Source: an uncultured Verrucomicrobiae bacterium
GTDB taxonomy: Bacteria > Verrucomicrobiota > Verrucomicrobiia > Chthoniobacterales > JAFAMB01
Length of the DNA stretch: 64,000 nucleotides
Direction of reading: 5' to 3'
Assembly (NCBI GenBank): GCA_963837955.1
Contig: CAWIPH010000002.1
Coordinates: 4,416,001-4,480,000, forward strand
How positions within the stretch are numbered: the stretch's first letter is position 1; every line of letters begins with the position of its first letter. The translations under genes and the position numbers were made by a program. Below are positions 42,109-52,894 of the stretch, piece after piece. Under the pieces are notes generated by a model. It did not search any database. It was not told the DNA's origin and saw only the letters and a program-made list of their open reading frames with translations.

Positions 42109-43101
42109 TCAGTTCCACGCTAACGTCTTTCGCGTTGCCCAATACATCTCCGGCGGTTCGGCGAAAGCGGAGAAGCGTCGTCGTGATGCCTCGCTAATCT
42201 TCAGACCTGTCGCGCGCAAATTCGATTGCAACTGCGTTACGGTCGCGGCCCCGCTCAGCACGACATCGGCGAACGGCTGGGCGAGACAACCGGCAAGTGC
42301 CACAGCGTCCACGGTTGTCTGGAGCTCCGTCGCTTCCCGCTTCAGAGTATCGAGCTTTGGGCGAAATTCCGGATCGGTATTGCGCTCCGTCAGTCGTCCG
42401 TTGGCCAGCGCTTCTTTGATAATCACTCCCAGACCGGCGCGAGACGCTGCCAGAAGCGCCGGACCGGCCGACTGTTCCAACAAATTCCAGGTAGCTTGAA
42501 CCGTGTCAAACAGCGCCACGCCATCAATTTGAATCTCCATCGCCTTGCCCAACGACTCCGCTTGGTGAGGGCCACTCAAAGAAAGACCGATCCGCACACC
42601 GGTTGATTTCAGCCTGGCCAGCTCCTCCAACACCTCACTATTTTCCAGCACGCCGTCCTCGGCCGTTGCGGAATGGATCTGGTAGATGTGCAGAAAGTTC
42701 TTCAATAGCAGGCTACTCTCGGCCCATTGCCGTTGCAGCACCGGCAGAGAGTGATCCTTTACCTCGTGCGAGTCAGCGCGAACTTGCCAGTTTGCGGTGT
42801 AAGTGTAACCCCATTTCGAACCGACCGTTATCCTTCGATCGAATGGTTCCGCTTTCAACCAGGTGCTCAGAAACTTTTCACCCAGCCCGTAGGACCGCGC
42901 GACATCGAAGTACCGTACTCCGTGATCGTACGCCGCCTGCAACACTGCATGTGCATGCTCCTCCATCGCCGCTTCATCGCGCTGACCTGCCAGATCTTGA
43001 CCGTGGCCAATATTGATGTACCCGGGCCGGCCCAGCGCTGCCAACCCTAGCCCGATCGGAGAGACTTCCAGCCCCGTTTTGCCGAGCGCACGCAGTTCCA
43101 T
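42109..43101 (-). CDS. Aldo/keto reductase
   Basis: LGKTGLEVSPIGLG, FDVARSYG, GSKWG, YQIH, VLSGA. Confidence 0.92.
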   Translation of the reverse strand: MELRALGKTGLEVSPIGLGLAALGRPGYINIGHGQDLAGQRDEAAMEEHAHAVLQAAYDHGVRYFDVARSYGLGEKFLSTWLKAEPFDRRITVGSKWGYTYTANWQVRADSHEVKDHSLPVLQRQWAESSLLLKNFLHIYQIHSATAEDGVLENSEVLEELARLKSTGVRIGLSLSGPHQAESLGKAMEIQIDGVALFDTVQATWNLLEQSAGPALLAASRAGLGVIIKEALANGRLTERNTDPEFRPKLDTLKREATELQTTVDAVALAGCLAQPFADVVLSGAATVTQLQSNLRATGLKISEASRRRFSAFAEPPEMYWATRKTLAWN

Positions 43102-43716
43102 CGCCTCCGACGAACCTCACGCAAAGGCGCCAAGACGCAAAGACGGATTTTGAATTTCACAAAAGGGCGCAGAGATTTTTTTAACAGGCGCTTACGGAGA
43201 CAACAGAGGAACCGTTCAGCTCACGTCGAAGCCAGAGAATCTCGCGTCTAGCCGCAAGAGCGAACATGAAATCGCCAAAGAAAACCAAGTAGGAATTTCT
43301 GTGTTGCGATTGTTGTTTTCTTGCGAGGATTCTCCCTCTGTCGGACGGCGGGGCTTCATGAGAGGGGTGCCGGTTCTCGCATCCGACTCGGGCTATTATC
43401 CGCGCTCTGGCATGCTACCCCTCGCGCGAAGCTCCGGGCGTTCGAATTTACGCCATCAAGTTGCGGAAATAATGCCCGGAATTCTATGGTTATAACGGAT
43501 GATTCTTCACTACTCGATCGAGGCGTGTCGAATTGCCTCAAGAGACTCAAAGAAGAACTGTTTGCGGAGAGCCCGGGCGAACATTAAGCATGTCGTACCG
43601 CAGGCGCGCAATGATAGAAGCACATCGGTGCTGGGAAATGAAGTTGTCCGATCTCTTCCCAATTCCGCCTCGTTGCCGAGGGAGGCGGCGGCGGCGTTGT
43701 CTGACCTGCGAGGCAA

Positions 43717-44322
43717 CTATGGCGTCGGCACGTACGGCAATTGCGCCATCCGTTCCTTAACCAAGGCGCCGGCCTCCAGAAGTTCGCCGATTGGGTCCCA
43801 ACGGCCGTTAATTAGTGCATCCCGCGCGCTGGAGGGAATAGAGGCCGGAAAATCATTACCTCCCAAGTGAATCATCTCGGTTGTCAAATCGATCGTCATC
43901 TCGCACTTAGGCTCGGACTCGACCATTTGGCGAATCCGGTCAAGGTCGTGCCGTGAAGCGCTCACACAGGGGAGACCTAACGTCGTAGCATTTCCGAAGA
44001 AAATTTCGCCAAAGCTTTCCGCCACAACGGCGCGAAAACCATAACGGTAGATCGCCTGGGGAGCGTGCTCACGGGAACTACCGCATCCGAAATTTCTGCC
44101 ACAGATCAAGATCGTTGCACTGTCGAATCTGGGATCATTCAGAGAGTAGTTTTTGGGTTCCCCATTCTGTTCGAACCGCACGTCGTAAAACAAGAAGTCG
44201 CCCAAACCTTCAAAGGTGACGCATTTCAAGTATCTGGCTGGAATAATCCGGTCCGTATCCACGTCATCCCCGGAGACAGAGACACAAGTGCCGATAACTT
44301 CCAGAATCTTTCTTAAGGCCAT
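43717..44322 (-). CDS. leuD: 3-isopropylmalate dehydratase small subunit
   Basis: DVDTDRIIPARYL, NFGCGSSREHAP; start at ATG 44322. Confidence 0.95.
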   Translation of the reverse strand: MALRKILEVIGTCVSVSGDDVDTDRIIPARYLKCVTFEGLGDFLFYDVRFEQNGEPKNYSLNDPRFDSATILICGRNFGCGSSREHAPQAIYRYGFRAVVAESFGEIFFGNATTLGLPCVSASRHDLDRIRQMVESEPKCEMTIDLTTEMIHLGGNDFPASIPSSARDALINGRWDPIGELLEAGALVKERMAQLPYVPTP

Positions 44323-44344
44323 GACAATAATTTTGGATTCAGGG

Positions 44345-45751
44345 TCACCGGCTAAACAATTCCCGGGCATCCGTAATCTCACCCGCAATTGCCGCCGCCG
44401 CGACCATGACCGGGCTCATTAACACCGTCCGGCCGGTAGGACTCCCTTGCCGGCCCTTAAAATTCCGGTTGCTGGAACTGGCGCAAAGCTGATCGCCGAC
44501 CAGCTTATCTGGATTCATCGCGAGACACATCGAGCAACCGGCCTCGCGCCATTCAAAGCCGGCAGCGGTGAAGATCCGATCAATCCCCAATTCCTTGCAG
44601 GCAGCTCCGACGCCCTGCGAGCCAGGAACTGCGATAGCTTTAACGTTTCGTGCGACATGCCGGCCTTCGATGTATTTGGCGACCTCTTTGAAGTCCGACA
44701 GCCGGCCGTTGGTACAACTGCCAAGAAATGCGACTTGGATTGGAGTTCCCTTAATTGGCTGCCCTGGTTGCAATTTCATATGTTCCAGGGCCTCTGCGAG
44801 CGATCCGCGCTCATCCTCAGGTGTCGTTTCGGGTGTAGGTAATCGCTCCGAAATGAAAACTGCTTGGCCGGGATTGATGCCCCACGTCACCGTCGGCTGA
44901 ATCTCTGCGGCATCGAAATCCACAACATTGTCATAAACACAATCGGAATCCGAGACGTACGAGTCCCATCGCTTGATCGCTCTCTTCCATTCGTCGCCTT
45001 TTGGACTATAGGGACGGCCGTGAAGGTAGGCATACGTTGTCTCATCCGGGTTGACGTACCCGGCACGGGCGCCCCCTTCGATCGACATATTGCAGACGGA
45101 CATCCGCTCCTCCATTGTAAATTTGTCGAAGACTTCTCCGCCGTATTCGTAAGCAAATCCATTGCCTCCGTTTACGCCCAATTTACGTATGATGTGAAGG
45201 ATTACATCCTTAGCGTAGGTTCCCGCTGACAGTTTCCCATCGACATTGATCCGGCGGACTTTCAATTTGCCGATTGCCATCGTCTGCGTTGCCAGCACAT
45301 CACGCACTTGGCTCGTACCAATCCCAAAAGCAATCGCGCCAAAAGCACCGTGGGTCGAGGTGTGAGAATCCCCGCAGGCGATCGTGGTCCCCGGTTGCGT
45401 GATACCCTGCTCCGGACCCACCACATGAACAATGCCTTGCTTGCCAGAGAAAACGTCAAAGTAGGTGATTCCAAATTCCACGCAATTCTTGCGCAGTTCC
45501 TTAATCATCGCATCGGCCAGCGGATCTGAAAACGGCTCGGTCCGTTGATCAGTCGGAATAATGTGATCGACCGTCGCAAATGTCCGGTGGGGAAAGGCGA
45601 CGGGAAGCCCCATTTCTCGAAGCATAGAGAATGCCTGTGGGCTGGTGACCTCATGGATGAGATGAGTGCCGATGAGCAACTGGGTTTGGCTATTCTGCAA
45701 TTCCCGAATTGCATGCTCCTCCCATACTTTCTCAAAGAGTGTTTGTCCCAT
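44345..45751 (-). CDS. leuC: 3-isopropylmalate dehydratase large subunit
   Basis: [45 protein letters not shown]. Confidence 0.97.
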   Translation of the reverse strand: MGQTLFEKVWEEHAIRELQNSQTQLLIGTHLIHEVTSPQAFSMLREMGLPVAFPHRTFATVDHIIPTDQRTEPFSDPLADAMIKELRKNCVEFGITYFDVFSGKQGIVHVVGPEQGITQPGTTIACGDSHTSTHGAFGAIAFGIGTSQVRDVLATQTMAIGKLKVRRINVDGKLSAGTYAKDVILHIIRKLGVNGGNGFAYEYGGEVFDKFTMEERMSVCNMSIEGGARAGYVNPDETTYAYLHGRPYSPKGDEWKRAIKRWDSYVSDSDCVYDNVVDFDAAEIQPTVTWGINPGQAVFISERLPTPETTPEDERGSLAEALEHMKLQPGQPIKGTPIQVAFLGSCTNGRLSDFKEVAKYIEGRHVARNVKAIAVPGSQGVGAACKELGIDRIFTAAGFEWREAGCSMCLAMNPDKLVGDQLCASSSNRNFKGRQGSPTGRTVLMSPVMVAAAAIAGEITDARELFSR

Positions 45752-46762
45752 TTTGCAGGGTCCTACATTGTTCAGTTACAACGAAACTTGGCAAAACGCA
45801 CAGCTTTTTGGCACATTGAAAAAGGGCCGTAATCAAAGCTGTCTTGGCTTTAAGTTTCATCGTGCGAACAGACGATAAGATTCCAGGGATCGGTCTTTTT
45901 TGTTCCGGTCGCCGTAGTCGTTGTCCGAACTGCCGCGTCACTCGGTTGAAAAGGCGGCGACAATGAGAAGTTTTATCGCCATTGAGACCAGATACGGCTA
46001 CTCCAGACAAAAAGAGGCAAACTCAGAAAAGATTCGAATCCGCACCGCTGAGCCAGCGTCGAATGGCTTGATGAGCGAGCACGCCTTCTTCGAATACAGA
46101 GCGAAGCCGATGAGTACCCCGCATATTCAAGAGCAAGGCGAGCCAATCCATTGCTTAATTAAGATGGAGATCGGCGCTGGCCTCCGGCGCCCGCGAAAGC
46201 TGCTTAAACAGGAAGCTCGGGACTTAATCGTTTTCAGCGTTCGTCCTGGACCTCAGCGCAGAATCTGCCATTCCAACATCTGCGAGGTCGGTGAAAAACG
46301 GTTGCGCGAGCTAGGTCCTGCCGCAGATTTCAATCGGGTCGGGAGCATCGAGATTTACTTTTATTCCTCCTGAAAATCGCTTTGTCCAATCGCTAGTGGC
46401 CCTTTTGGGGCCCTCGCCTTCCTCGGCCATTCCACGTCCTAAGCGCTTCCGGCTGGCCTTCCCGTGTCCGCCCGGTGGCGCCGCACTTCGGGTCCAGCTT
46501 TGGCGATAATCCAATCCGGCGCTCGAAGAATTCCTGCAAGTTGGCGATCGCCCACGCATCCAAACTGATAGAATGAGAGAGCAGACTTTCGCAGACTATT
46601 TTATGGCAACGCTGGCGGTTGGCATCGTGATTGGCTTCCCGGTCTGGCACTGGATATCCCAGATGCTCTGAAACCGTTCGAGGCTGGGTTGACGCCGGCG
46701 AGATGACAGAATTTCAGGACGGCGGAATCCTCGACACCTCCGAGAAGTTACAGCCGCCAAAA

Positions 46763-47680
46763 TCAGCGTCGATTGGCAAACAAAGCGCTTCTGGCTCGAC
46801 GTAACTTCTCTAAGGCGAAAGATCTGAAGTTGTCTAGGACGGGCGCTCGATTTCCCTTCCGGACGGCGATACCAATTTCAGACATGGGAATCTCGTCCAT
46901 GATCTCACAAGCGACTACCGAAGCAACGCTCCGTTTGGCTACCGATGCGGGCAGAATGGCGACACCCATGCCCGAATCGACGAGTGAGATCAGCGTGGGC
47001 ATCTCTCCGGCAGTCTGGCGAACGTTGGGGATAATACCGGCGTCGCGAAGCATCCCGAAGATTAGATCGTGAAATCCAGGGGCGTAGGTACGCTCATACA
47101 TCACGAAGTCTTGGCCCGACACCTCGCGCAGGCGTACCCTTTTTCTCTTGGCCAGTTTATGAGACGAGGGCACGACGAGCATGAACGGTTCGCGATGCAC
47201 CGTGACCACCTCGAGTTCAGAGTGCCCACCGATGGGAAGGCGCAAAAATCCAATATCGAGAGATCCGGCCTCCAGCATCTGGATTTGGTCTATGGTGAGA
47301 ATATTGCGAAGAGAGAACTCTACTTCTGCATTCAGCTCTCGAAACTGCCGAATGATCGTGGGCACAATCTCATTGCCAGCGGTCGATATGAATCCAATCC
47401 GCAAAATCCCCAGCTTCCCGTCAGCCGCCAGCTTTGCCTTATGAACAGCTTGGTCGAGTCGTAAGAGGGCTCCGGTTGCATCCTCGCGAAAAGCGACACC
47501 AGCCGCGGTGAGTACCGTTTTGCGTCGGTTGCGCTCGAGGAGTCTCACTCCAATTTCATCCTCCAGAGCTCGTATTTGCAGACTTAGCGCAGGTTGACTG
47601 AGATGAATCATCTCCGCTGTGCGACCGAAGTGCAGAGTCTCTGCGACCGAGAGAAATGACCGAATCTGACGAAACTCCAT
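46763..47680 (-). CDS. LysR-family transcriptional regulator (plausible regulator of the mdc operon)
   Basis: HFGRTAEMIHLSQPALSLQIRALE HTH; divergent from azoR-mdc. Confidence 0.95.
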   Translation of the reverse strand: MEFRQIRSFLSVAETLHFGRTAEMIHLSQPALSLQIRALEDEIGVRLLERNRRKTVLTAAGVAFREDATGALLRLDQAVHKAKLAADGKLGILRIGFISTAGNEIVPTIIRQFRELNAEVEFSLRNILTIDQIQMLEAGSLDIGFLRLPIGGHSELEVVTVHREPFMLVVPSSHKLAKRKRVRLREVSGQDFVMYERTYAPGFHDLIFGMLRDAGIIPNVRQTAGEMPTLISLVDSGMGVAILPASVAKRSVASVVACEIMDEIPMSEIGIAVRKGNRAPVLDNFRSFALEKLRRARSALFANRR

Positions 47681-47692
47681 TACTTTACATTA

Positions 47693-47738
47693 TTTGAATT
47701 CTTTATTACAGGCCACAAAACAAACAATTTCATTTATT
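47693..47738. promoter_or_regulatory. AT-rich divergent promoter/operator region, duplicated at 56904-56948
   Basis: TTTGAATTC(T/C)TTATTACA(G/A)G(C/A)CACAAAACAAACAATTTCA(T/C)TTAT present twice. Confidence 0.6.
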
Positions 47739-47879
47739 TAAAGCCAGGCCGGTAATTTCCAGATACATGAAGAATCCGATATGTATCAATACAAATTCTT
47801 ATCCGCGATCTCTGTTGAGTAGCCGCCGTCAGCCCCAGCGAAATAGCATTGCGAACTTCATTCGTTTGGATCGACCAGA

Positions 47880-48512
47880 ATGAACGTTCTACATATCCAG
47901 TCATCGCCGCGAGGTGACAAATCGAACTCCATCACCCTGACAAACGCCTTTCTTTCGGCGTCAAGGAAAGTCCTCCCCATGATTAATGAAGACGTCCTGA
48001 ATGTCTGGGACGAAAACCTCCCCGAGTTTGATGCCGCATCCATCGGGGCGAAGTACAAGGCTATCAAGCACAAGCCACTGACAGATGCAGAATCGCATAC
48101 CTGGAGCCGCATCCAAGAATTGATCGGTCGCTTCCAACGAGCGAACCGGATTGTCTTGGGCCTGCCCATGTGGAACTTCTCCATCCCATACAAGCTCAAA
48201 CAGTTGATTGATCTAACCGCTCAGCGCAATTACTTGTTCACGTACGACGGCAAAGAATATGGGCCATGCCTCAACATCCCCAAGGCACTCGTCGTCTATA
48301 CGCGGGGATCTGGATTTCGCGAGGATTCTCTCATACCACCGTCGTTCGATCACCAAGCGCCTTACATTGATTTTTGGCTTCGTCTCATCGGAGTGCATGA
48401 GGTTTGCAGCGTGGTCGTGGATAACGCGTGGAATCAAGACTATGCCCAATCAGAGGCCGGTCTGGCGGCCGGCAAGCAATCAGTTGAACGAATAGTTGGA
48501 GGCTTCTGGTGA
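47880..48512 (+). CDS. azoR: FMN-dependent NADH-azoreductase
   Basis: IQSSPRG..S.S, PMWNFSIPYKLK, TRG. Confidence 0.85.
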   Translation: MNVLHIQSSPRGDKSNSITLTNAFLSASRKVLPMINEDVLNVWDENLPEFDAASIGAKYKAIKHKPLTDAESHTWSRIQELIGRFQRANRIVLGLPMWNFSIPYKLKQLIDLTAQRNYLFTYDGKEYGPCLNIPKALVVYTRGSGFREDSLIPPSFDHQAPYIDFWLRLIGVHEVCSVVVDNAWNQDYAQSEAGLAAGKQSVERIVGGFW

Positions 48513-48884
48513 TTGTGGGAGTGCACTCAACCGCCCCTATGGCTTTCGTTGAGAAGGCCTCTGCCTCTCCAGGAAACGCCGAGAACGCCGACATCGCCGG
48601 GAACGGATTATCAGGCTGCATTTGAGCGATGTAGATTTCAGGTTCCGCAATCCGCATTCCGCGGTTTCCTTTCTCTACCAACCACAGTTTCGCTTTTTGC
48701 CTTGCTAATCACTAAATTGAGCTCCGCAGATCCACGGGCCAAAAAAAAGACCATCGATGAACCAGTCAGCCGCCAATAGTTTACCCAGAGTAGTCTGATC
48801 CTCCCGGCTCAGGAACCGAGGCCGCCGCAATTGTAAAGCATTGACCAAACTAAAAGCGAAAACGAACCGGGCAAAATCAATCCA

Positions 48885-50543
48885 ATGGCAAAGCAAATTT
48901 TAGAGCCGGTTGCGCGTTCCTGGACGACGCGACGCGATGAGAAGCGACGCCGGATAGAACTAGTCCGGCCCTGGATGAACGGACCGATCCTGCCGAAGGA
49001 AAAGATCATCGAGGCTCTCGAAACCCTCATCGTCAGCGGCGACAGGATTGTTCTTGAAGGAGACAATCAGAAACAGGCCGATTTTCTCTCCCGATCCCTC
49101 GTGAAGGTCGATGCGAAGAGGCTTCACGATCTGCACCTGATTATTTCGAGCATAAGTCGACCGGAGCATCTCACACTGTTTGAATTGGGCATTGCCAAGA
49201 AAGTGGATTTCGCTTTCGCTGGTCCGCAAAGCCTGCGCGTTTCCCAACTGTTGGAGGATGGCCAGCTCGAGATTGGCGCCATCCACACGTATGTCGAACT
49301 GTATGCGCGGTTACTGGTAGACCTGGTGCCAAATGTGGTTCTCGTCTGTGCCGACCAGGCGGATGCTGAGGGCAATCTCTACACCGGACCAAACACGGAA
49401 GACACGCCGGTCATTGTTGAGGCTGCTGCCTTTCACGATGGAATCGTCATCGTGCAGGTGAACCAGATCGTCGACAAATTACCGCGTGTGGATATCCCTG
49501 CCTCATGGGTAGATGTGGTGGTCGAGGCTGACCGACCGTTCGCAGTAGAGCCGTTATTCACCCGTGACCCGCGCCACATCAATGACCTGCAGATTCTCAT
49601 CGGCATGATGGTGATCCGAGGAATATACGAGCGACACCAGGTTCACTCCTTGAACCACGGAATTGGATTCGACACCGCTGCCATCGAGCTCCTTCTGCCG
49701 ACCTACGGTGAGTCACTTGGACTGCGTGGAAAAATCTGCGAACACTGGGCACTGAACCCTCATCCGACGATGATTCCCGCGATCGAAAGCGGCTGGGTCA
49801 AAAGCATTCACTGCTTCGGCAGCGAAGTTGGAATGGATAGGTACGTTGCGGCACGCCCGGATATCTTTTTTATCGGACGGGATGGCAGCCTCCGTTCAAA
49901 CCGGGTGCTGTGTCAGCTGGCCGGACAGTATGCGGTCGATGGCTTTATTGGTTCGACACTGCAGATGGATGCCGATGCTAACTCGTCGACCGTGACCACT
50001 GGGCGACTTGCGGGGTTTGGCGGCGCGCCCAATATGGGACACGACCCACATGGCCGGCGGCATAGCACGAAAGCGTGGCTCGATCTGATTACTGAAAACA
50101 AACCGATCATTCGTGGTCGAAAGATTGTCGCGCAGATCGCAGAGACCTTTCAGAGCGGTGGCGTTCCTGCATTCGTTGAAACTCTGGACGCGGTTCGTGT
50201 TGGCGAGCAGGCAGGAATGCCGATAGCCCCCATCATGATCTACGGCGACGACGTGAGCCATGTCGTAACCGAGGAGGGCATCGCGTATCTCTACAAGGCT
50301 GAAGGACAGGAGGAGCGCCGCCGCGCACTCGCCGCAGTGGCAGGAGTCAGCCCGGTCGGTCAGAAGGCTGTCGCTTCTGAGACTGCAGCACTTAGAAAGA
50401 AAGGAGTGGTTGCATACCCTGAAGATATCGGTGTTCACCGCCTAGAGGCGAAGCGCTCCCTGCTCGCGGCGCGCAGCATCGAAGATTTAGTAGCCTGGTC
50501 AGGGGGACTCTACAGCCCGCCTGCTCGTTTTAGGAGCTGGTAG
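48885..50543 (+). CDS. mdcA: Malonate decarboxylase alpha subunit
   Basis: EGDNQKQADFL, GPNTEDTP, NHGIGFDTAAIE, GFGGAPNMG; operon context. Confidence 0.96.
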   Translation: MAKQILEPVARSWTTRRDEKRRRIELVRPWMNGPILPKEKIIEALETLIVSGDRIVLEGDNQKQADFLSRSLVKVDAKRLHDLHLIISSISRPEHLTLFELGIAKKVDFAFAGPQSLRVSQLLEDGQLEIGAIHTYVELYARLLVDLVPNVVLVCADQADAEGNLYTGPNTEDTPVIVEAAAFHDGIVIVQVNQIVDKLPRVDIPASWVDVVVEADRPFAVEPLFTRDPRHINDLQILIGMMVIRGIYERHQVHSLNHGIGFDTAAIELLLPTYGESLGLRGKICEHWALNPHPTMIPAIESGWVKSIHCFGSEVGMDRYVAARPDIFFIGRDGSLRSNRVLCQLAGQYAVDGFIGSTLQMDADANSSTVTTGRLAGFGGAPNMGHDPHGRRHSTKAWLDLITENKPIIRGRKIVAQIAETFQSGGVPAFVETLDAVRVGEQAGMPIAPIMIYGDDVSHVVTEEGIAYLYKAEGQEERRRALAAVAGVSPVGQKAVASETAALRKKGVVAYPEDIGVHRLEAKRSLLAARSIEDLVAWSGGLYSPPARFRSW

Positions 50544-50626
50544 GGGCGCACTTTCAGTGCGATGACAAATAGCAAATAGCAGATGCACTTTCAGCGCGAT
50601 GACAAATAGCAAATAGCAGATAGCAG

Positions 50627-51595
50627 ATGATTGAGAGAGTCCGCTCCGAATTTTTCGTTCCGGAAATGGGGCAGAATTGGCCCCGCGCACGCGGGTTCAG
50701 ATCCGCTGTTTCGACCCGGATCGATCATCCGCCGCGCAGCAAGATTTCTGGTCGACGCGGGCTAGCTGCGCGTCTAGCAACTCTAGCCGTCCGAGCCCTC
50801 ATTGAGGAAGCCGAACTGACGCCGAAACCGGCTCTGGTGGATAAACGGGGTCCGGGTGCGCATACCGACCTTTCGCTGACGCTCATGAAAAGCTCAGCTC
50901 ACTGTCTTCGGCCGGGTTTTGAACGCATGGCCCTGGCTTCATTTCGGCAGATTCCCACCCAGACACTGCGAGAGGAACTGGGTGCGATCGGCCGCTGGGC
51001 TGAACAATCGATGTTGCTGGCCACGGGCGGAGCCAATACGCATCGCGGGGCGATTTGGAGTCTTGGCCTTCTTGTCTCTGCTGCTGCGATGGGAGGGAAC
51101 TCTCCGGATGCAGTGGCATACAGAGCTCGCCAACTCGCTTGCCTGCCCGATTGGAGTGCCCCAAAGCAGGAAAGCAATGGTTCGCGAATGATTCAACGTT
51201 ACCAGGTGTTCGGTGCCCGCGGGGAAGCCCAAGCCGGTTTTCCTCATGTGATAACGATCGGCTTACCGATCCTTCACGGTTCTCGTCGGGAGGGATCGAA
51301 CGAAACTCAGGCCCGGCTGGACGCACTGTTAGCGATCATAGCCAGTTTGAATGATACCTGTTTGCTTCATCGGGGCGGCTTGGCCGCGCTAAATACCGCC
51401 CAAACCGGCGCGGCGGCGGTTCTCGCGGCAGGAGGTACGGCCACTGTTCAAGGCTGGGAACTACTGCTGCGACTAGATCGCGATCTGCTCGCCCTCAACG
51501 CCTCGCCGGGCGGCAGTGCAGACTTGTTAGCAGCTACCCTCTTCCTCGATTTTATTGATGGATTGTGGGGAGGGCGCACAGCCTGTCCGACATAG
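50627..51595 (+). CDS. mdcB: Triphosphoribosyl-dephospho-CoA synthase
   Basis: LTPKPALVD, NTHRGAIW, GARGEA, SPGGSADLL; start uncertain. Confidence 0.93.
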   Translation: MIERVRSEFFVPEMGQNWPRARGFRSAVSTRIDHPPRSKISGRRGLAARLATLAVRALIEEAELTPKPALVDKRGPGAHTDLSLTLMKSSAHCLRPGFERMALASFRQIPTQTLREELGAIGRWAEQSMLLATGGANTHRGAIWSLGLLVSAAAMGGNSPDAVAYRARQLACLPDWSAPKQESNGSRMIQRYQVFGARGEAQAGFPHVITIGLPILHGSRREGSNETQARLDALLAIIASLNDTCLLHRGGLAALNTAQTGAAAVLAAGGTATVQGWELLLRLDRDLLALNASPGGSADLLAATLFLDFIDGLWGGRTACPT

Positions 51596-51704
51596 CCTTT
51601 TGAATGCCTGCTGCAGAAATGCTTGAGCGCGACGTCGGATCCTCGTGCGCCGTGGATCGCGTGGATACAACCCCTCCCCGGTAAATCATTAACAAAAACT
51701 AACT

Positions 51705-51998
51705 ATGGAAAGACTTCATTTTGAATACGCGGCTTCGCAGCCGATCAAACAACGAGCCCATGTGGGGGTGGTCGGGTCAGGTGACCTCGAAGTGTTGCTC
51801 GAACCGTCTCCGGATCAGAAGACTCATGTCACTGTTACCACCAGCGTCGACGGTTTCGGCAAGACATGGAAGCTAGTCATGGATCGTTTTTTTTCGCGTT
51901 ATCAATATGCAGTTTCCATCGAGATTCATGACTTTGGTGCAACACCTGGAGCGGTCGCCCTTCGCCTGGAGCAAGCGATGGAGAGGAGCCAATCATGA
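51705..51998 (+). CDS. mdcC: Malonate decarboxylase acyl carrier protein (delta)
   Basis: GVVGSGDLEVL, DFGATP. Confidence 0.93.
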   Translation: MERLHFEYAASQPIKQRAHVGVVGSGDLEVLLEPSPDQKTHVTVTTSVDGFGKTWKLVMDRFFSRYQYAVSIEIHDFGATPGAVALRLEQAMERSQS

Positions 51999-52894
51999 GC
52001 CAGCCGACCTCGGGAGCTGCAAGCAGCTCCCCTCCGACTTTACTTGATCCCCACGAATTTTTGGCTCGCAAAAGCTTTGTCGAACTCAATGCTCGCGAGC
52101 GCGCTCAGGCTTTGTTGGATGAAGGCAGCTATCGCGAATTGCTTGGCCCTTTCGAGCGTCTCGAATCACCTTGGCTTTTGATGCAGGGCGTTGTTCCGCA
52201 AGCCGACGATGGATTGATCGTTGCTCGCGGCAAGATCGGCGGAACAGACTCCGTGATCTTAGCTATCGAAGGACAATTCCAAGGCGGCGGCATCGGCGAA
52301 GTTTCTGGCGCCAAGATTGCCGCGGCGCTGGACCTAGCCCTGGAAGACGCCGAAAAAGGTCATCCTGTCCAAGTCATTTTGCTTTTGGAGACCGGGGGTG
52401 TTCGTCTGCAAGAGGCGAATCTTGGTTTGGAAGCCATCGCCGAAATCAACTCGTCGCTCATCGCCCTGCGGCAGCGTATTCCAGTCGTGGGCGTGATCGC
52501 CGGGATGGTCGGCTGCTTCGGCGGCATGTCCATCAGCGCCTCGCTTTGCAGCTATCTGATCATGACTCGCCAGGCGCGGTTAGGGCTGAACGGCCCAGAA
52601 GTAATTGAAGAGCAGTCGGGAATCGAAGAGTTGGATTCGAAAGACCGGCAGCTGATCTGGGGTGTGAATGGTGGAGAACAACGCCAGGCTACCGGTTTCG
52701 CGGATTACCTGGCCGAAGATGATGTGGCAGCGATCAAGGAATGCATCGTCGAAGCTTTTGGCCGCGGGATTCCTGCCACGCATCGCTCCGAACAAGTAGA
52801 TGAATATCTCAAGCGCCTCGCCGTTATCGATGTTTCCCATCAACTCGAGGGCAGTGAGATGCGCAATCTTTGGTCGAAGGGAAAGCAGTTATGA
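51995..52894 (+). CDS. mdcD: Malonate decarboxylase beta subunit
   Basis: GGGIGEVSGAK, TGGVRLQEAN, GLNGPEVIE. Confidence 0.94.
   Translation: MSQPTSGAASSSPPTLLDPHEFLARKSFVELNARERAQALLDEGSYRELLGPFERLESPWLLMQGVVPQADDGLIVARGKIGGTDSVILAIEGQFQGGGIGEVSGAKIAAALDLALEDAEKGHPVQVILLLETGGVRLQEANLGLEAIAEINSSLIALRQRIPVVGVIAGMVGCFGGMSISASLCSYLIMTRQARLGLNGPEVIEEQSGIEELDSKDRQLIWGVNGGEQRQATGFADYLAEDDVAAIKECIVEAFGRGIPATHRSEQVDEYLKRLAVIDVSHQLEGSEMRNLWSKGKQL

Noticed and set aside
27120..43150. CRISPR array or integron cassette array
   Set aside because: No constant repeat with regular unique spacers and no cas genes. No integrase or GTTRRRY/RYYYAAC attC structure, and genes lie in both orientations
43301..43716. 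Several short overlapping ORFs downstream of leuD
   Set aside because: No frame stands out and there is no family signal
45921..46650. ORFs of 150, 82 and 85 aa between leuC and LysR
   Set aside because: No recognisable motif; may be decayed genes but cannot be supported
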